Shown here in pieces: positions 63,533 to 64,000 of a stretch of 64,000 bases of DNA. The notes beneath the pieces are model-generated. The model saw nothing but the letters and a program-made list of their open reading frames with translations, was not told where the DNA came from and made no database searches. Position 1 is the stretch's first letter. Every line of letters begins with the position of its first letter. The stretch comes from Gemmatimonadaceae bacterium (GTDB lineage: Bacteria > Gemmatimonadota > Gemmatimonadetes > Gemmatimonadales > Gemmatimonadaceae): NCBI GenBank assembly GCA_051859245.1, contig JBHYGA010000005.1, positions 416,001 through 480,000 on the forward strand. The letters run 5' to 3'. The translations under genes were made by a program, and so were the position numbers.

Positions 63533-63591
63533 ACTTTGCCGAGACGTGCGGGTGCTACCATTCGCGACGCACAGTACCGTCACTACGCGTA

Positions 63592-64000
63592 CTACGCATG
63601 CACAAACAACAGTCCACCATTCGCAAGTGCGGAGATCATGCGCGTCATCTCGCCACGGGGGACAGCAGGGCAGCCCCAGCTGCGTCCGAGCCGGCCGGTT
63701 TGTGCAATGAACTGCTCGCTCACGTAGTCGGCGCCGTGAATGATCACTTCCCGCGCGCGGGCTTGATCATTCACACCCGCGTCCAGTCCCTGCAGCAGAA
63801 GCGCCGCGCCGTGCTTGGGGCTCGTGATGCGCTCGCCCACACGGTACAGGCCGAGACTGGTTTGATGCGAGTCGTGTCTGTTGCTGAACTTCTCGGCCAT
63901 CAGGCCGCCCGAACCCTGACCGTGCGCCACCCACGTGTGAAGCACCACTTGCTGCGACGCCAGGTCGATCACCACTAACCGCTTGGCCGTGCTGGGCTGA
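63592..64000 (-). CDS. L,D-transpeptidase catalytic domain protein (YkuD_2 type), 5' partial
   Basis: VAHGQGSG, IIHGADYV, GRSWGCPAV; frame open to window end. Confidence 0.88.
   Translation of the reverse strand, partial: QPSTAKRLVVIDLASQQVVLHTWVAHGQGSGGLMAEKFSNRHDSHQTSLGLYRVGERITSPKHGAALLLQGLDAGVNDQARAREVIIHGADYVSEQFIAQTGRLGRSWGCPAVPRGEMTRMISALANGGLLFVHA

Overview
GC-rich bacterial DNA, most likely from a phototrophic Gemmatimonadota (inferred from acsF placed between bchM and lhaA, a split puhA, a C-terminally extended PufM and two different LH alpha genes). The centre (about 20.4-57.8 kb) is an aerobic anoxygenic photosynthesis gene cluster. It comprises bchG-pucC-bchP running into hemA-hemE-hemF-hemY, ppaA-ppsR, bchFNBHLM-bciE-acsF-lhaA-puhA(H1,H2)-puhB-puhC, pufB-pufA-pufA-pufLMC and bchO, with several readable PpsR operators. 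bchCXYZ, bchID, crt genes and puhE are absent from the window. A five-gene TerY-P module (vWA, PP2C, kinase plus two paralogous single-pass membrane proteins) sits between puh and puf. The flanks carry housekeeping genes (mglA end, pgsA, cinA, grpE, dnaJ, tyrA, mnmA, iscS, kynAB, bshB1, L,D-transpeptidases, a ferritin-like pair). They also hold a candidate JAB/MPN toxin-immunity cassette, two antitoxins whose toxins are truncated, a nonsense-mutated GxxExxY gene and a family of long intergenic palindromes built from 8-9-nt tandem units. All homology calls are by motif recognition; no database search was run.
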